Shown: positions 1-10,357 of the stretch, one piece after another
How the letters are laid out: each line of letters starts with the position of its first letter
Numbering within the stretch: the first letter of the stretch is position 1
Source of the DNA: an uncultured candidatus Porisulfidus sp.
Lineage (GTDB): Bacteria; Pseudomonadota; Gammaproteobacteria; Poriferisulfidales; Poriferisulfidaceae
Assembly: GCA_965204575.1 (NCBI GenBank)
Contig: OZ241993.1
Span: 1,568,001-1,632,000 of the forward strand
Length of the DNA: 64,000 nucleotides
Direction: 5' to 3'
Notes under the pieces: model-generated
Database searches by the model: none
Seen by the model: only the letters and a program-made list of their open reading frames with translations
Told to the model about the DNA's origin: nothing
Position numbers and translations under genes: made by a program

Positions 1-159
1 GGGCAATGGAAACATTACCTGCACTACAGCATAGCCGACTTCCACGGCGGTGCGCGGGGCATGCCGAAGAAGATGAAATCCCGGCTTGAAGAAGTCATGG
101 AAACCGAGGGCGAAGACGGCCTCGCGGCCCTCATCAACTACTACGCCAGCCAGCAGTAA
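1..159 (+). CDS. fccA: Flavocytochrome c sulfide dehydrogenase, cytochrome c subunit (3' end only)
   Basis: Frame 1 reads [52 protein letters not shown], matching the FccA C-terminus as recalled; it lies directly upstream of fccB. Confidence 0.85.
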   Translation, partial: GQWKHYLHYSIADFHGGARGMPKKMKSRLEEVMETEGEDGLAALINYYASQQ

Positions 160-178
160 TCGCGGAGGAGTAAAGATC

Positions 179-1465
179 ATGACAACCCTGACAAGACGCG
201 GCTTCCTGAAAGCGACCGGCGGCATTGCAGCCGTAGGCGCGGTCGGGATGGGCTTCCCTCAGCTTGCCCTCGGCGGCAACAAGAATGTGGTGGTGATTGG
301 CGGTGGCGCTGCTGGCGCGGTCGCAGCCAAGCACATCAAACTGGCGGACTCCGGAATTAACGTCACCTTGATCGAAGCCAACGATCACTATTACACCTGT
401 TTCATGAGCAACGAGGTCATCGGAGGCGACCGGGACATCTCGACCATCCGCCACGGATACGAGGGCCTGGCAAACCACGGCATCGAAGTGGTGCACTCCA
501 AGGCTACGGGAGTCGACACCGATGCTCGCACCGTCACGACCGAGGGCGGGGACAGTTTCCCGTACGACCGGCTCGTCGTCAGCCCCGGCATCGACCTGAA
601 GTGGGATGCGATCGAAGGCTATGACATGGCGGCAGCCGAAGCCATGCCCCATGCCTGGAAGGCCGGCCCGCAAACGGCACTGCTGCGCAGCCAGCTTGAG
701 GCCATGGAAGACGGCGGCACGTTTATCATCTGCCCGCCCGGCAATCCGTTCCGTTGCCCGCCTGGGCCCTACGAGCGGGTCTGCCAAGTTGGCCATTACT
801 TCAAGGAACACAAGCCCAATTCGAAAATCCTGGTGCTGGACGCCAAGGACAAGTTCTCGAAGATGGGCCTGTTCACGCAAGGCTGGGAGCGTCGCTACGA
901 CGGCATGATCGAATGGGTGTCCGGTACGGATACCGCTGGCGGCATCGCGGAGGTCAACACCGCCGACATGACGGTGACCACTGAGTTCGGCGACACCCAC
1001 CAAGGCGCGGTGATCAACGTCATCCCACCGCAAAGCGCAGGGCAGATCGCGCAGGCAGCCGGGCTGACCGACGACTCCGGCTGGTGCCCGGTCCATCTTG
1101 ACACCTTCGAGTCGAAACTGGTGCCGGGCGTACACATCATCGGCGATGCCAGCATCGCTACCGGGCTGCCGAAATCCGGATACGCGGCCAATTCCGAAGG
1201 AAAGGTCTGCGCGGCGGCGGTCGTCGCCATGCTGGCCGACGAGGAACCGGGCACGCCGTCCTATGTCAACACCTGCTACAGCCTGATTGCACCGGATTAC
1301 GGCATTTCGGTTGCAGCGGTCTATCGCCTGGCGGAAGACAAGAGCAAGGTCGCCAAGGTAGCCGGAGGCCTGACGCCCTCGGACGCTTCGGACGAGATGC
1401 TGGCCCGCGAGGTTCAGTATGCGTACAGTTGGTACAACAATATCGTGGCGGACATGTTCGCCTGA
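179..1465 (+). CDS. fccB: Flavocytochrome c sulfide dehydrogenase, flavoprotein subunit
   Basis: GGAGGAG RBS before ATG 179; Tat signal TRRGFLK; GGGAAG FAD motif; RCPPGPYER and NTCYS motifs. Confidence 0.93.
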   Translation: MTTLTRRGFLKATGGIAAVGAVGMGFPQLALGGNKNVVVIGGGAAGAVAAKHIKLADSGINVTLIEANDHYYTCFMSNEVIGGDRDISTIRHGYEGLANHGIEVVHSKATGVDTDARTVTTEGGDSFPYDRLVVSPGIDLKWDAIEGYDMAAAEAMPHAWKAGPQTALLRSQLEAMEDGGTFIICPPGNPFRCPPGPYERVCQVGHYFKEHKPNSKILVLDAKDKFSKMGLFTQGWERRYDGMIEWVSGTDTAGGIAEVNTADMTVTTEFGDTHQGAVINVIPPQSAGQIAQAAGLTDDSGWCPVHLDTFESKLVPGVHIIGDASIATGLPKSGYAANSEGKVCAAAVVAMLADEEPGTPSYVNTCYSLIAPDYGISVAAVYRLAEDKSKVAKVAGGLTPSDASDEMLAREVQYAYSWYNNIVADMFA

Positions 1466-1494
1466 CCCCATCAGGGCGGAACCCGCCAAACTCC

Positions 1495-1526
1495 AAAACG
1501 CGGGGGCCTTAGTGGCCCCCGTTTTT
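1495..1526 (+). terminator. Rho-independent terminator of fccAB, possibly bidirectional
   Basis: AAAACG-CGGGGGCC-ttagt-GGCCCCCG-TTTTT, a perfect 8-bp GC stem followed by a U tract. Confidence 0.85.
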
Positions 1527-4500
1527 GTCTCCCCCCCTTCTCGTGCTTGATCTTCCTCCGCTTCCCGCCGCCGGCTCTCGCCTGGGTTGCGGACAACTGT
1601 ATGGCGCGGCCCGCGCCTTGGCCGTCTCCGATCTCGCCCGCCGGAGTTCCGGCCTCACCCTGGTCGTCGCCCCCGACATCGCCGCCCAGGTCGCGCTGGA
1701 AGTCGAATGCCGATTTTTCCTCGGCCCGCAGACAGACCTCCTGTTGTCGTTTCCCGACTGGGAGACTCTGCCCTACGACCTGACCTCGCCGCATAGCGAG
1801 ATCATCTCTCAGCGCCTGCGGGCACTCCATCGCCTCCAAACCCGAAAGGCAAACAACCTGCTGATCACATCCGCCCCCACTTTGCTGCAACGCCTGTGTC
1901 CGCCCGATCATGTCCACCGCCAAACGACCACCCTTTCCACTGGCGGCAAAATCGAAATCGAACAGTTGCGCCAGCGGCTGGACCTGGCGGGTTACCAGAA
2001 CTGCTCCCAGGTCGTGGCTCCGGGAGAATTCGCCGTGCGTGGGTCGTTGCTTGACCTCTTTCCAATGGGAGCCGAGTCTCCATGCCGACTCGACTTCCTC
2101 GACGACTGCATCGACTCCATCCGCATGTTCGATCCCGAACGCCAGACTTCGACCGAACGGATTGAGCGCCTGGACGTCCTTCCGGCACGCGAGTTTCCGC
2201 TCGACCCGGAGACCATCGAGCGGTTTCGGAAGAATTTCCGCAGGGCGTTTGATATTGACCCGTCGCAAAGTCCCATCTACCGGGATATCAGCGACGCGAT
2301 CGTCCCTGTCGGCATTGAATACTATCTGCCCCTGTTCTTCGAGGAGACCGCCAGCCTTTTCGATTACCTGCCCGCTGAAACCACCATCGTGTGCTGGAAA
2401 GACGTGGACGAGGCCGCAGCTCAAACCCTGAGCGAGATCGAGACCCGTTGCGAAAGTCGGCTCCACGATGTTGAGCATCCGCCTTTGCCGGTTCCGATGC
2501 TGTACCTGAGCGAATCCGAATTCCAAGAGGCCCTGGCAGGCTACCCGCGATTGGATCTCAACCGTTTCGAACACGAGAAGCAGTCAGAGGAAGCCGCCTT
2601 CAACTACGCCTCACGCGCGCTCCCGGAACTTAAGGTACGGCCACAGGACAAGATTCCCGCCCGTGCCCTGCGCCAATTCCTCTCCTCTTCTCCACGGAAA
2701 ATCCTGTTCACGACCCACTCCCCGGGACGGCGCGAGCAGTTGAAGGAACGCCTGGGAGCCCTGAACATCCAAGTCAAGCCCATGGAAGGCTGGGAAGACT
2801 TCCTTCGGCAGGGACCGGACCTGGCGCTGGCGGTCGCGGACATCGAAGAGGGTTTCGAGCTTCCCGAGGCCGGAATCACGGTCATTCCCGAGTCGCATCT
2901 GTTCCCGGACCGCACCCCCCAGCAGCACCGCCAGCGGAGCCGGAGAGACCCCAAGGCCATCCTGTCCGAGCTGGCCAACCTCAAGCACGACAGCCCGGTG
3001 GTTCATGAAGACTATGGCGTCGGCCGCTACCAAGGGTTGCGCAAGCTGGAAATCGACGGAATCGAACAGGAATTCCTGCTCATCCAGTACGCCGACACGG
3101 ACCGGCTGTATGTGCCGATAATGGAATTGCACCGGATTACCCGCTACAGCGGCGCGGACCCGGAAGACGCGCCTCTGCATTCCCTGGGCGGGGATCAATG
3201 GCAGAAAATCAAGAACAGGGCTGCGAAACGTGCCTACGATGCGGCGGCCGAACTGCTGGAGGTCCAAGCCCGTCGCAATGCGCAGGGCGGGTGCACAATC
3301 AAAATCCCGTCGGATTACCCGAAATTCGAAGCGGCCTTCCCTTTCGACGAAACCCCGGACCAGGCGCAAGTCATCCGCGAAGTCCTGGAGGGTCTGGAAA
3401 GCGACTCGCCCATGGACCGGATCGTCTGCGGCGATGTCGGCTTCGGGAAGACCGAGGTCGGAATGCGGGCTGCTTTCGCCGCCGCCTTCAACGGCTTCCA
3501 GGTGGCCGTCTTGACCCCGACCACCCTGCTTGCCCAACAGCACGGCAAGACGTTTCGCGACCGGTTCGCTGATTGGCCGGTCCGGATCGAAGCGATCTCC
3601 CGCTTCCGGACTGCCCGGGAACAGGCCGGCATTCTGGCCGATCTCGCCGAGGGGAAACTAGACATCGTCATCGGCACGCACCGGCTGCTGCAGGACGACG
3701 TGAAATTCCGCAACCTCGGGCTGGTCATCATTGATGAAGAGCAGCGCTTCGGCGTGCGCCACAAGGAGAAGCTGAAGGCGCTGCGGGCCCGGACCAACCT
3801 GCTGACCCTGACCGCCACCCCGATCCCCCGCACCCTGAACATGTCGCTGTCCGGGCTCCGTGACCTCTCGATCATCGCGACCGCGCCCGCCCATCGGCAT
3901 GCGATCAAGACTTACGTCACCCAGTGGAACCAGCAGCAGATCCGGGAGGCCTGCCTGCGTGAACTGAAACGGGGCGGGCAGATCTATGTTCTGCACAACC
4001 GGGTCGCTTCGATCGATCAGGCCGCCGAAACCATGCGGCAGGTCGTGCCAGAAGCCGAAGTGCGGGTCGTGCACGGGCAGATGCGGGAACGCGAACTGGA
4101 AGCCGTCATGCGTGACTTCTACCGTCAGCGGTTCAACATCCTGGTCTGCACCACGATCATCGAGAACGGCATTGACATCCCGACCGCCAATACCATCATC
4201 ATCAACCGTGCGGACCACTTCGGCTTGGCCCAGCTGCATCAACTGCGCGGCCGGGTCGGGCGCTCGCACCACCTCGCCTATGCCTACCTGACTTGCCCGC
4301 CCCTGCAGACCATGACACCCGATGCGAAGAAGCGAATCGAAGCCATCGAAGCCATGGAGGAACTCGGTTCCGGCTTCATGCTGGCGACCCAGGATCTTGA
4401 AATCCGCGGCGCGGGCGAACTGCTGGGCGAAGAACAGAGCGGCCAGATCCAGCAGATCGGATTCGCGCTATACCATCGCCTGCTGCAGCGCGCGGTCGAG

Positions 4501-4995
4501 ACCCTGAAGAAAGGGGCGCTGCCGGAACTCGACAAGCCGCTCGAGCACGGACCCGAGATCGACCTCGGCCTGCAGGCGCTGATTCCGGATGACTACCTCC
4601 CCGACGTCTACCTTCGGCTCACGCTGTACAAGCGGATTGCCGGCGCGACTTCCGACGCGGAACTCGACGACCTGCAGGTCGAGATGATAGACCGTTTCGG
4701 GGCGCTGCCGCAGGCGGTCGCCAACCTGTTCGCCATCACCCGCCTGAAGCTGGAGATCGCGTCATTTGAATTTCTCCGTAAAATACAGCTAGCCCGGCAC
4801 GAAGGTCGGGTCACGTTCGGTGAGCCCGGCCTGGAACCGGAATCCATCGTCCGAATCATCGAGGACTCGTCCCGCCGCTACCGCCTGGACAACAAGATGC
4901 GCCTTCACTTCGAACTGGACATGCCGACCCTGGAGGACCGGATCCACGCTATCCGCGACCTGGCGCACCGGATCGGGACCCGGGAGGCCGCATGA
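1525..4995 (+). CDS. mfd: Transcription-repair coupling factor Mfd
   Basis: FPDWETLPYD, UvrB-like and CarD/RID regions, GDVGFGKT, DEEQRFG, QLRGRVGR and C-terminal TRCF domain; exact start uncertain (TTG 1525 or GTG 1543). Confidence 0.96.
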   Translation: MSPPLLVLDLPPLPAAGSRLGCGQLYGAARALAVSDLARRSSGLTLVVAPDIAAQVALEVECRFFLGPQTDLLLSFPDWETLPYDLTSPHSEIISQRLRALHRLQTRKANNLLITSAPTLLQRLCPPDHVHRQTTTLSTGGKIEIEQLRQRLDLAGYQNCSQVVAPGEFAVRGSLLDLFPMGAESPCRLDFLDDCIDSIRMFDPERQTSTERIERLDVLPAREFPLDPETIERFRKNFRRAFDIDPSQSPIYRDISDAIVPVGIEYYLPLFFEETASLFDYLPAETTIVCWKDVDEAAAQTLSEIETRCESRLHDVEHPPLPVPMLYLSESEFQEALAGYPRLDLNRFEHEKQSEEAAFNYASRALPELKVRPQDKIPARALRQFLSSSPRKILFTTHSPGRREQLKERLGALNIQVKPMEGWEDFLRQGPDLALAVADIEEGFELPEAGITVIPESHLFPDRTPQQHRQRSRRDPKAILSELANLKHDSPVVHEDYGVGRYQGLRKLEIDGIEQEFLLIQYADTDRLYVPIMELHRITRYSGADPEDAPLHSLGGDQWQKIKNRAAKRAYDAAAELLEVQARRNAQGGCTIKIPSDYPKFEAAFPFDETPDQAQVIREVLEGLESDSPMDRIVCGDVGFGKTEVGMRAAFAAAFNGFQVAVLTPTTLLAQQHGKTFRDRFADWPVRIEAISRFRTAREQAGILADLAEGKLDIVIGTHRLLQDDVKFRNLGLVIIDEEQRFGVRHKEKLKALRARTNLLTLTATPIPRTLNMSLSGLRDLSIIATAPAHRHAIKTYVTQWNQQQIREACLRELKRGGQIYVLHNRVASIDQAAETMRQVVPEAEVRVVHGQMRERELEAVMRDFYRQRFNILVCTTIIENGIDIPTANTIIINRADHFGLAQLHQLRGRVGRSHHLAYAYLTCPPLQTMTPDAKKRIEAIEAMEELGSGFMLATQDLEIRGAGELLGEEQSGQIQQIGFALYHRLLQRAVETLKKGALPELDKPLEHGPEIDLGLQALIPDDYLPDVYLRLTLYKRIAGATSDAELDDLQVEMIDRFGALPQAVANLFAITRLKLEIASFEFLRKIQLARHEGRVTFGEPGLEPESIVRIIEDSSRRYRLDNKMRLHFELDMPTLEDRIHAIRDLAHRIGTREAA

Positions 4996-5714
4996 GGAAG
5001 ATTTCCGCCTGGCTCCTGGCCTTCGCGCTCCTGCCTGCCGCAAGCTGGGCCGAGGACCTTTATCGCGTGGAAATCCTCATCTTCGCGCAATCCGCGGAAG
5101 TCGCGGACCCGGCCCGGCATTTCGAATCGGTTCCCGACCTGGAACTGGGTCAGGCGGTGGACTTCCGCCAGTATTTCTGCCTCCCCGCACGGTCGGGCGC
5201 TGAATTCATACGGCGTTTCCTGTCCGAAGAGGAGGTCGCGGAATGCCTGAGCGGATACCTGCGCCTCAACGAACTTCGGCAGCCCATGGTGGGGGAACGG
5301 ATCCGGCTGGAGAAATCCGAGCAATACCGAATCCTTCACCATGCCGCCTGGCAGCAACCGGCCTCGCATCCGGACGAAACCTACCCGGTCCGCCTGACCA
5401 ATGGAAAAGAGTTTTCAGAGGCATCCCCGGACGCCCCGGCACTGGACGGAAGCCTGCGTTTGTCCAAGGAACAGTTTTTGCAGATCGATCTGAATCTGCT
5501 GTATCACTACCCCACCGCAGCTTCGGACGCCGATGGAGAATCCGCTGGATCAGACGGCCTGCTACTTCAGGTCAGCCGCAAGCTCCGCCTCGGCGACCTC
5601 AATTACATGGATCACCCCTTGCTCGGGGTTCTTGCACAGGTCACGCCGGTCGAAGAGGATCCGCTTGATCTCGAGGCGAGTCGAACCACCCGCGCCGTCA
5701 GTTCGGCACGCTGA
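4992..5714 (+). CDS. CsiV-family peptidoglycan-binding periplasmic protein
   Basis: Signal peptide; YRVEILIF, HHAAWQQP and NYMDHPLLGVL motifs; usual position after mfd. Confidence 0.75.
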   Translation: MRKISAWLLAFALLPAASWAEDLYRVEILIFAQSAEVADPARHFESVPDLELGQAVDFRQYFCLPARSGAEFIRRFLSEEEVAECLSGYLRLNELRQPMVGERIRLEKSEQYRILHHAAWQQPASHPDETYPVRLTNGKEFSEASPDAPALDGSLRLSKEQFLQIDLNLLYHYPTAASDADGESAGSDGLLLQVSRKLRLGDLNYMDHPLLGVLAQVTPVEEDPLDLEASRTTRAVSSAR

Positions 5715-5725
5715 TTTTTCCGGCC

Positions 5726-6799
5726 TCAGCCGGACTGTGACTGCACGTGCAGCGTTCGCGTCGGAAACGCGATCTCGGCATCGTTCCGTTCCACGATTTC
5801 CGCTATCGCGAGCAGGAGGTCCTGCTTGATTCGGGTGTATTCCGCACGGTAGACCGTGGGGGTGTAACACTGGATGAAGAAATCCACCGAAGATTCGTTG
5901 AACATGTCGAAACGGGCCAACACCGGCATTTCCTGGTCGACGTCCGGCGATCCTTCTAACAACGCCTGCACTTCGTCGACAATCGCCTTCATCTTCCCCA
6001 GGTCGTCGTAGCGGAGCCCGATGACCTGCTTGATCATCCGGTGAGACATCCGGCTCGGATTTTCGATCACGATGGTCAGGAACATTCCGTTCGGGATGTA
6101 CAGGGCATTTTTCGAATGTGTCCGGATCAAGGTCTGGCGCCATCCGATTCTTTCGACACTCCCCTCGATGTCGCGGTCCGGGGAGCGAATCCAGTCACCG
6201 GTCTTGAACGGACGGTCCATGTGCAGCATCAAACCGCCAAAGAAATTCCCCAGCATGTCCTTGGCCGCGAACCCCACGACCAAGCCGCCGACCCCGCTGA
6301 ACGTGAGAAGGCCCACGATGCTCACGCCGAAGGTCTGCATCAGGCCCATGCCGACGAGCACGACGATGGCTGCCTGCAGGGTCCGGGCGACCGCCAGATA
6401 CAGGTCTTCGTCCAGTTCCTTGCCTTCGGCCCGGGCTCGCTGGCGCGCTCCGGCGCTGTAGTCGCGGATGAGCGAGAACAGGAACCATCCGAGAATCAGG
6501 AAGACCCCTGCTCTCTGAATCTTCGGCAGCCAGGACGCGAAAGAGGACTCTCCCAGCAATAATTGAATGATCAGCGTCAGCGCGATGAACCAGATCAGGG
6601 CCTGTACGGGCCTGGATGCCGAACTCAGCACGGCGTCATCCATGAGGTAGGTCGTGCGTTGCGCGCCGCGTTGCAGAATGCTCAAAAGCCAATGCCCGAC
6701 AACGCTCGCCACCAGCGCTCCGCCCAATAGAAGGAGCACTTGAGACAGTCCTCCTTGCCCCAGATGCGTCTGGCCGATCTCAAGCCACTGTTCGATCAT
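5726..6799 (-). CDS. MscS-family mechanosensitive channel (YnaI-like)
   Basis: Multiple TM segments; GFAAKDMLGNFFGG, DRPFKTGDWI and IAFPTRTL motifs. Confidence 0.92.
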   Translation of the reverse strand: MIEQWLEIGQTHLGQGGLSQVLLLLGGALVASVVGHWLLSILQRGAQRTTYLMDDAVLSSASRPVQALIWFIALTLIIQLLLGESSFASWLPKIQRAGVFLILGWFLFSLIRDYSAGARQRARAEGKELDEDLYLAVARTLQAAIVVLVGMGLMQTFGVSIVGLLTFSGVGGLVVGFAAKDMLGNFFGGLMLHMDRPFKTGDWIRSPDRDIEGSVERIGWRQTLIRTHSKNALYIPNGMFLTIVIENPSRMSHRMIKQVIGLRYDDLGKMKAIVDEVQALLEGSPDVDQEMPVLARFDMFNESSVDFFIQCYTPTVYRAEYTRIKQDLLLAIAEIVERNDAEIAFPTRTLHVQSQSG

Positions 6800-7866
6800 A
6801 GATTCAGCTCCAATTCGTCCTCTTCAGCATAACGGGCCGCCAATTCCACCGCTTCCTTCCACATCGGCAATTGGTGCAAATTCTCGAGCGACTCGGCTCC
6901 CAGAGCACCACGCATTCGGAACAGGCGGAGACTGGCCACCGGATTATGGTCTTCCTTCAAGTGCTCCAGCACTTCGTTGACCGCCGGGCGATTATTGCAC
7001 AGCAGCGCCACATCGCAGCCCGCCTGGAACGCCGCCCGCACCCGGGACTCGATATCTTCGTGCAGATGGGCCGCATGCATGTTCAGGTCGTCGCTGAACA
7101 CCACTCCGGAGAAATTCATCTGGCTGCGCAAAGTGTGCTGCAACCATTTGTGCGAAAAGGTGACCGGGACCTCGTCCACCTCCGGGAAGATGACGTGGGC
7201 CGTCATGACTCCTTCGTCATAGGCCGATCCCAAATGTTCGAACGGAACCAGGTCCTCTCCCCGGATTTCCTGAAAACTGCGCTTGTCGACCGGCATGTCC
7301 TTGTGGGAATCTTCGTGCACGTGCCCATGCCCCGGGAAATGCTTGATCACCGATTTCATCCCGGCCTGGTGCATGCCTGCAATGTAGCGGGAAGCCAGTT
7401 CGGAGACGGTGTACGGATTCCGGTGGAAGGCTCGCCCGCCGATGACCTCGCTGGTCCCCCAGTTCAGATCCACCACGGGAGCGAACGAAATGTCCACGCC
7501 GACTGCCCTCAATTCGGCCGCCATCAGCCAGCCCATCAGCGTACAGGCCCGGTAGGCATGCTCCCGGTCCCGGCGGTACAGCTTGCCGAGCGCCTGGGCG
7601 GCCGGCAGACGCGTAAACCCTTTCCGAAAACGCTGGACTGTCCCGCCTTCCTGATCCACGCAGACCGCCAAGCTTGGCGTCCGAATCTGATGAACCTGTC
7701 GAATCAATTCCTTGAGTTGCTCGGGGGATTCGTAATTCCGTGTAAACAGGATTAGCCCCCCCACCAAGGGATGGGCAAGAACCTCACAATCCTCGGGATC
7801 CAACTCCTTCCCCGACACGTCCACGATCAGCGAACCCAGAGGAAGTTCCAAAGGGCTGGTACCCAT
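6796..7866 (-). CDS. nagZ: Beta-N-acetylhexosaminidase (GH3)
   Basis: DQEGG, KHFPGHG-x-DSH and FSDDL motifs; AGGAGAG RBS before ATG 7866. Confidence 0.95.
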   Translation of the reverse strand: MGTSPLELPLGSLIVDVSGKELDPEDCEVLAHPLVGGLILFTRNYESPEQLKELIRQVHQIRTPSLAVCVDQEGGTVQRFRKGFTRLPAAQALGKLYRRDREHAYRACTLMGWLMAAELRAVGVDISFAPVVDLNWGTSEVIGGRAFHRNPYTVSELASRYIAGMHQAGMKSVIKHFPGHGHVHEDSHKDMPVDKRSFQEIRGEDLVPFEHLGSAYDEGVMTAHVIFPEVDEVPVTFSHKWLQHTLRSQMNFSGVVFSDDLNMHAAHLHEDIESRVRAAFQAGCDVALLCNNRPAVNEVLEHLKEDHNPVASLRLFRMRGALGAESLENLHQLPMWKEAVELAARYAEEDELELNL

Positions 7867-7931
7867 CAAACTCTCCTGCTGCATGATGCGTTACGATAGT
7901 TTGCACGACATTTGGCTTGGGAGGACATACC

Positions 7932-8345
7932 ATGCCTATACAAATCAAACGAGGATTCAAGGAAATGCTGTCCGAGGCCGCCGACCAAGTCGACGAAGTC
8001 TCCGTCGCGGCCGTTGCTCAGGCCCTGAACGAGCCCGGCGTCGTCATCGTCGACGTGCGCGACCAGAATGAACTGGTCCAAACCGGCACGGTGCCCGGTG
8101 CGCACCACGCCTCGCGCGGCATGCTGGAATTCCACGCCGACCCGTCTTCGCCGAAACATCTGCCGATCTTCGCTCAAGCCGAAAACCTGATCCTGTATTG
8201 CGGGACCAGCGGCCGCTCGGCACTGGCTGCCAACACGCTCAAGCAGATGGGCTTCGAAAACGTCAAACATATGGCCGGGGGATTCAAAGCCTGGGTCATG
8301 GCCGGCAATCCCGTGGATCCCTTCACGCCAGAAACCGGCGATTAA
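7932..8345 (+). CDS. Single-domain rhodanese-like sulfurtransferase
   Basis: DVRD..E, SRGMLEF, active-site loop YCGTSGRS and GGFKAW; GGAGG RBS. Confidence 0.88.
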   Translation: MPIQIKRGFKEMLSEAADQVDEVSVAAVAQALNEPGVVIVDVRDQNELVQTGTVPGAHHASRGMLEFHADPSSPKHLPIFAQAENLILYCGTSGRSALAANTLKQMGFENVKHMAGGFKAWVMAGNPVDPFTPETGD

Positions 8346-8390
8346 TCTCGATTCTACCAAGGCCCGGGCGCTTCCGCTTCCGGGCCGCCC

Positions 8391-9719
8391 TCAATTGGCT
8401 GAACGCCTGCGCGCACTTTCCCGGATCTTCTGCAACCATTCCCCGATTGCCTTCTCGTAGCCCCGGTCGACGGGAAAATAAAACGACATGCCTTGCAGGG
8501 ACTCGGGCAGGTAGACTTCGTCAGCCACGTACCCGCTCTCGTGGTCGTGTGCGTACTGATAGTCTTTTCCATAGCCCAGATCCTTCATCAACTGGGTCGG
8601 GGCATTGCGCAAATGCATCGGAACTTCCAAAGTGCCCGATTTCTTGGCCTGCTCCATCGCGGCCTTGTAAGCCATATACACCGCATTGCTTTTGGGCGAG
8701 CAAGCCAGGTAGGCAACTGCCGATGCGATGGCCAGTTCTCCTTCGGGAGAACCCAATCGCTCATAGGCCTGCCAGGCGGACAGGCACAGGTTGAGTGCCT
8801 GTGGGGCGGCGTTTCCAATGTCCTCGCTCGCCATCCGCACCACGCGCCGGGCGATGTACCGGGGGTCGCAGCCTCCGTCCAGCATGCGGCACAGCCAGTA
8901 CAGGGCGGCGTCCGGATCGGAGCCCCGCACCGACTTGTGAAGCGCGGATATCTGGTCGTAGAAATACTCTCCGCCCTTGTCGAACCGCCGGGTGCCCTGC
9001 CCTGCGACCTGCTGCATGATCGCCGCGTCGATGACTTTCTTTCCTTCCTGCTCCGGCGCAAGGTCCAAGCCGATCTCCAACAGATTCAGCAAAACGCGCG
9101 CGTCGCCATCCGCCACCTGGATCATCAGGTCGCGCGCATCGTCCTCCAGCGTGGCCGGGCGTGCGCCCGCTCCCCGCTCTTCGTCCGTCAGCGCCCACTC
9201 AAGCAATTGCGCCAGATCCTCTTTCTCCAGCATCTTCAGGACATAGACGCGGACACGGGACAGCAAGGCGTTGTTGAGTTCGAACGAGGGATTCTCCGTC
9301 GTCGCGCCAAGCAGGTAGATCGTCCCGTCCTCGACATGCGGCAGGAAGACGTCCTGCTGCGCCTTGTTGAGACGATGGACCTCATCGATGAACAGCGCGG
9401 TGGCCTGCTGGTCGCGATCCTGGGCCAGCCGGGCCTCCGCAATCGCCTCGCGGATTTCCTTCACTCCGGCCAGCACGGCCGAAAGGCTGACGAAGCGGGC
9501 CTCGGCATATCGGCTGATCAGTTTCGCCAGCGTGGTCTTGCCCGTGCCCGGAGGCCCCCAGAACACCATGGAGTGGAGCTTCCCGGCCTCGACCGCCTGC
9601 CGCAGAGGCAATCCTTCCGCGAGCAGATGCTGTTGTCCGACGAATTCTTCCAGGTTCTGCGGGCGCATCCGGTCCGCCAGCGGGCGGAATTCTTTTCTCG
9701 AATCGAACAGCTCGCTCAT
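8391..9719 (-). CDS. rarA: Replication-associated recombination protein RarA
   Basis: RPLADRMRP, GPPGTGKTT, DEVHRLNK, GATTENP and SALHKSVRGSDPDAA motifs. Confidence 0.96.
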   Translation of the reverse strand: MSELFDSRKEFRPLADRMRPQNLEEFVGQQHLLAEGLPLRQAVEAGKLHSMVFWGPPGTGKTTLAKLISRYAEARFVSLSAVLAGVKEIREAIAEARLAQDRDQQATALFIDEVHRLNKAQQDVFLPHVEDGTIYLLGATTENPSFELNNALLSRVRVYVLKMLEKEDLAQLLEWALTDEERGAGARPATLEDDARDLMIQVADGDARVLLNLLEIGLDLAPEQEGKKVIDAAIMQQVAGQGTRRFDKGGEYFYDQISALHKSVRGSDPDAALYWLCRMLDGGCDPRYIARRVVRMASEDIGNAAPQALNLCLSAWQAYERLGSPEGELAIASAVAYLACSPKSNAVYMAYKAAMEQAKKSGTLEVPMHLRNAPTQLMKDLGYGKDYQYAHDHESGYVADEVYLPESLQGMSFYFPVDRGYEKAIGEWLQKIRESARRRSAN

Positions 9720-10357
9720 TGGGTCGGCGTGCCGAGAATATCCGTGCCCCGTGGCGGCTGATAGGAAAAGAACTCTGGCTGCAGAGAGGGATTCACCTGG
9801 ACTTGTTCAAACCGGACCTGCACTTCCTGCCCGAACTGATCGATGAAATGCAAGCGTTCCAGTGTGCCCGAACGCAAGCCAATCAAAAGCTCGACCGGCC
9901 GCGAGACATCTGCCCGGGATTGCAACACGACCCAATCGATCCCGTCCTGATGCTGGGTGCGTTCGACCGCGAATAGATCTTCCAAAACCCGCGAGCCCAG
10001 CAAAGCCGAAAGCGGCGTATCGTTTAGCGCGTCTTCCACCCGCGCGACGGTGGCCTGCTCAAGAATCGGATCGTAAGACCAGAAATTGACACCATCGGAA
10101 ACCAGGATCAGGGGTTCGGGCTCCCGATAATTCCAGCGCATGAAATTCGGACGCAACAGGCTCATGTCGCCATGCCCGGAGGACAGGAGCTCCCCGTCCG
10201 CCGACCGGACTTCCTGCTGGAAAAACGCCGTCAGGGATTGAGTCTGTTCGAAAAACCGCTCAAGTTCGCTCTCCGGGGTCGCCGGCACATCCTGAATTGC
10301 GACCAGCCCGAACAGGCCGACAAAAACGAGGGACCGGACCGCCGGAGACGTCATCAC
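9716..10357 (-). CDS. lolA: Outer-membrane lipoprotein chaperone LolA
   Basis: Signal peptide; RPNFMRW and YDPILEQAT motifs; ftsK-lolA-rarA synteny. Confidence 0.92.
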   Translation of the reverse strand: MMTSPAVRSLVFVGLFGLVAIQDVPATPESELERFFEQTQSLTAFFQQEVRSADGELLSSGHGDMSLLRPNFMRWNYREPEPLILVSDGVNFWSYDPILEQATVARVEDALNDTPLSALLGSRVLEDLFAVERTQHQDGIDWVVLQSRADVSRPVELLIGLRSGTLERLHFIDQFGQEVQVRFEQVQVNPSLQPEFFSYQPPRGTDILGTPTQ

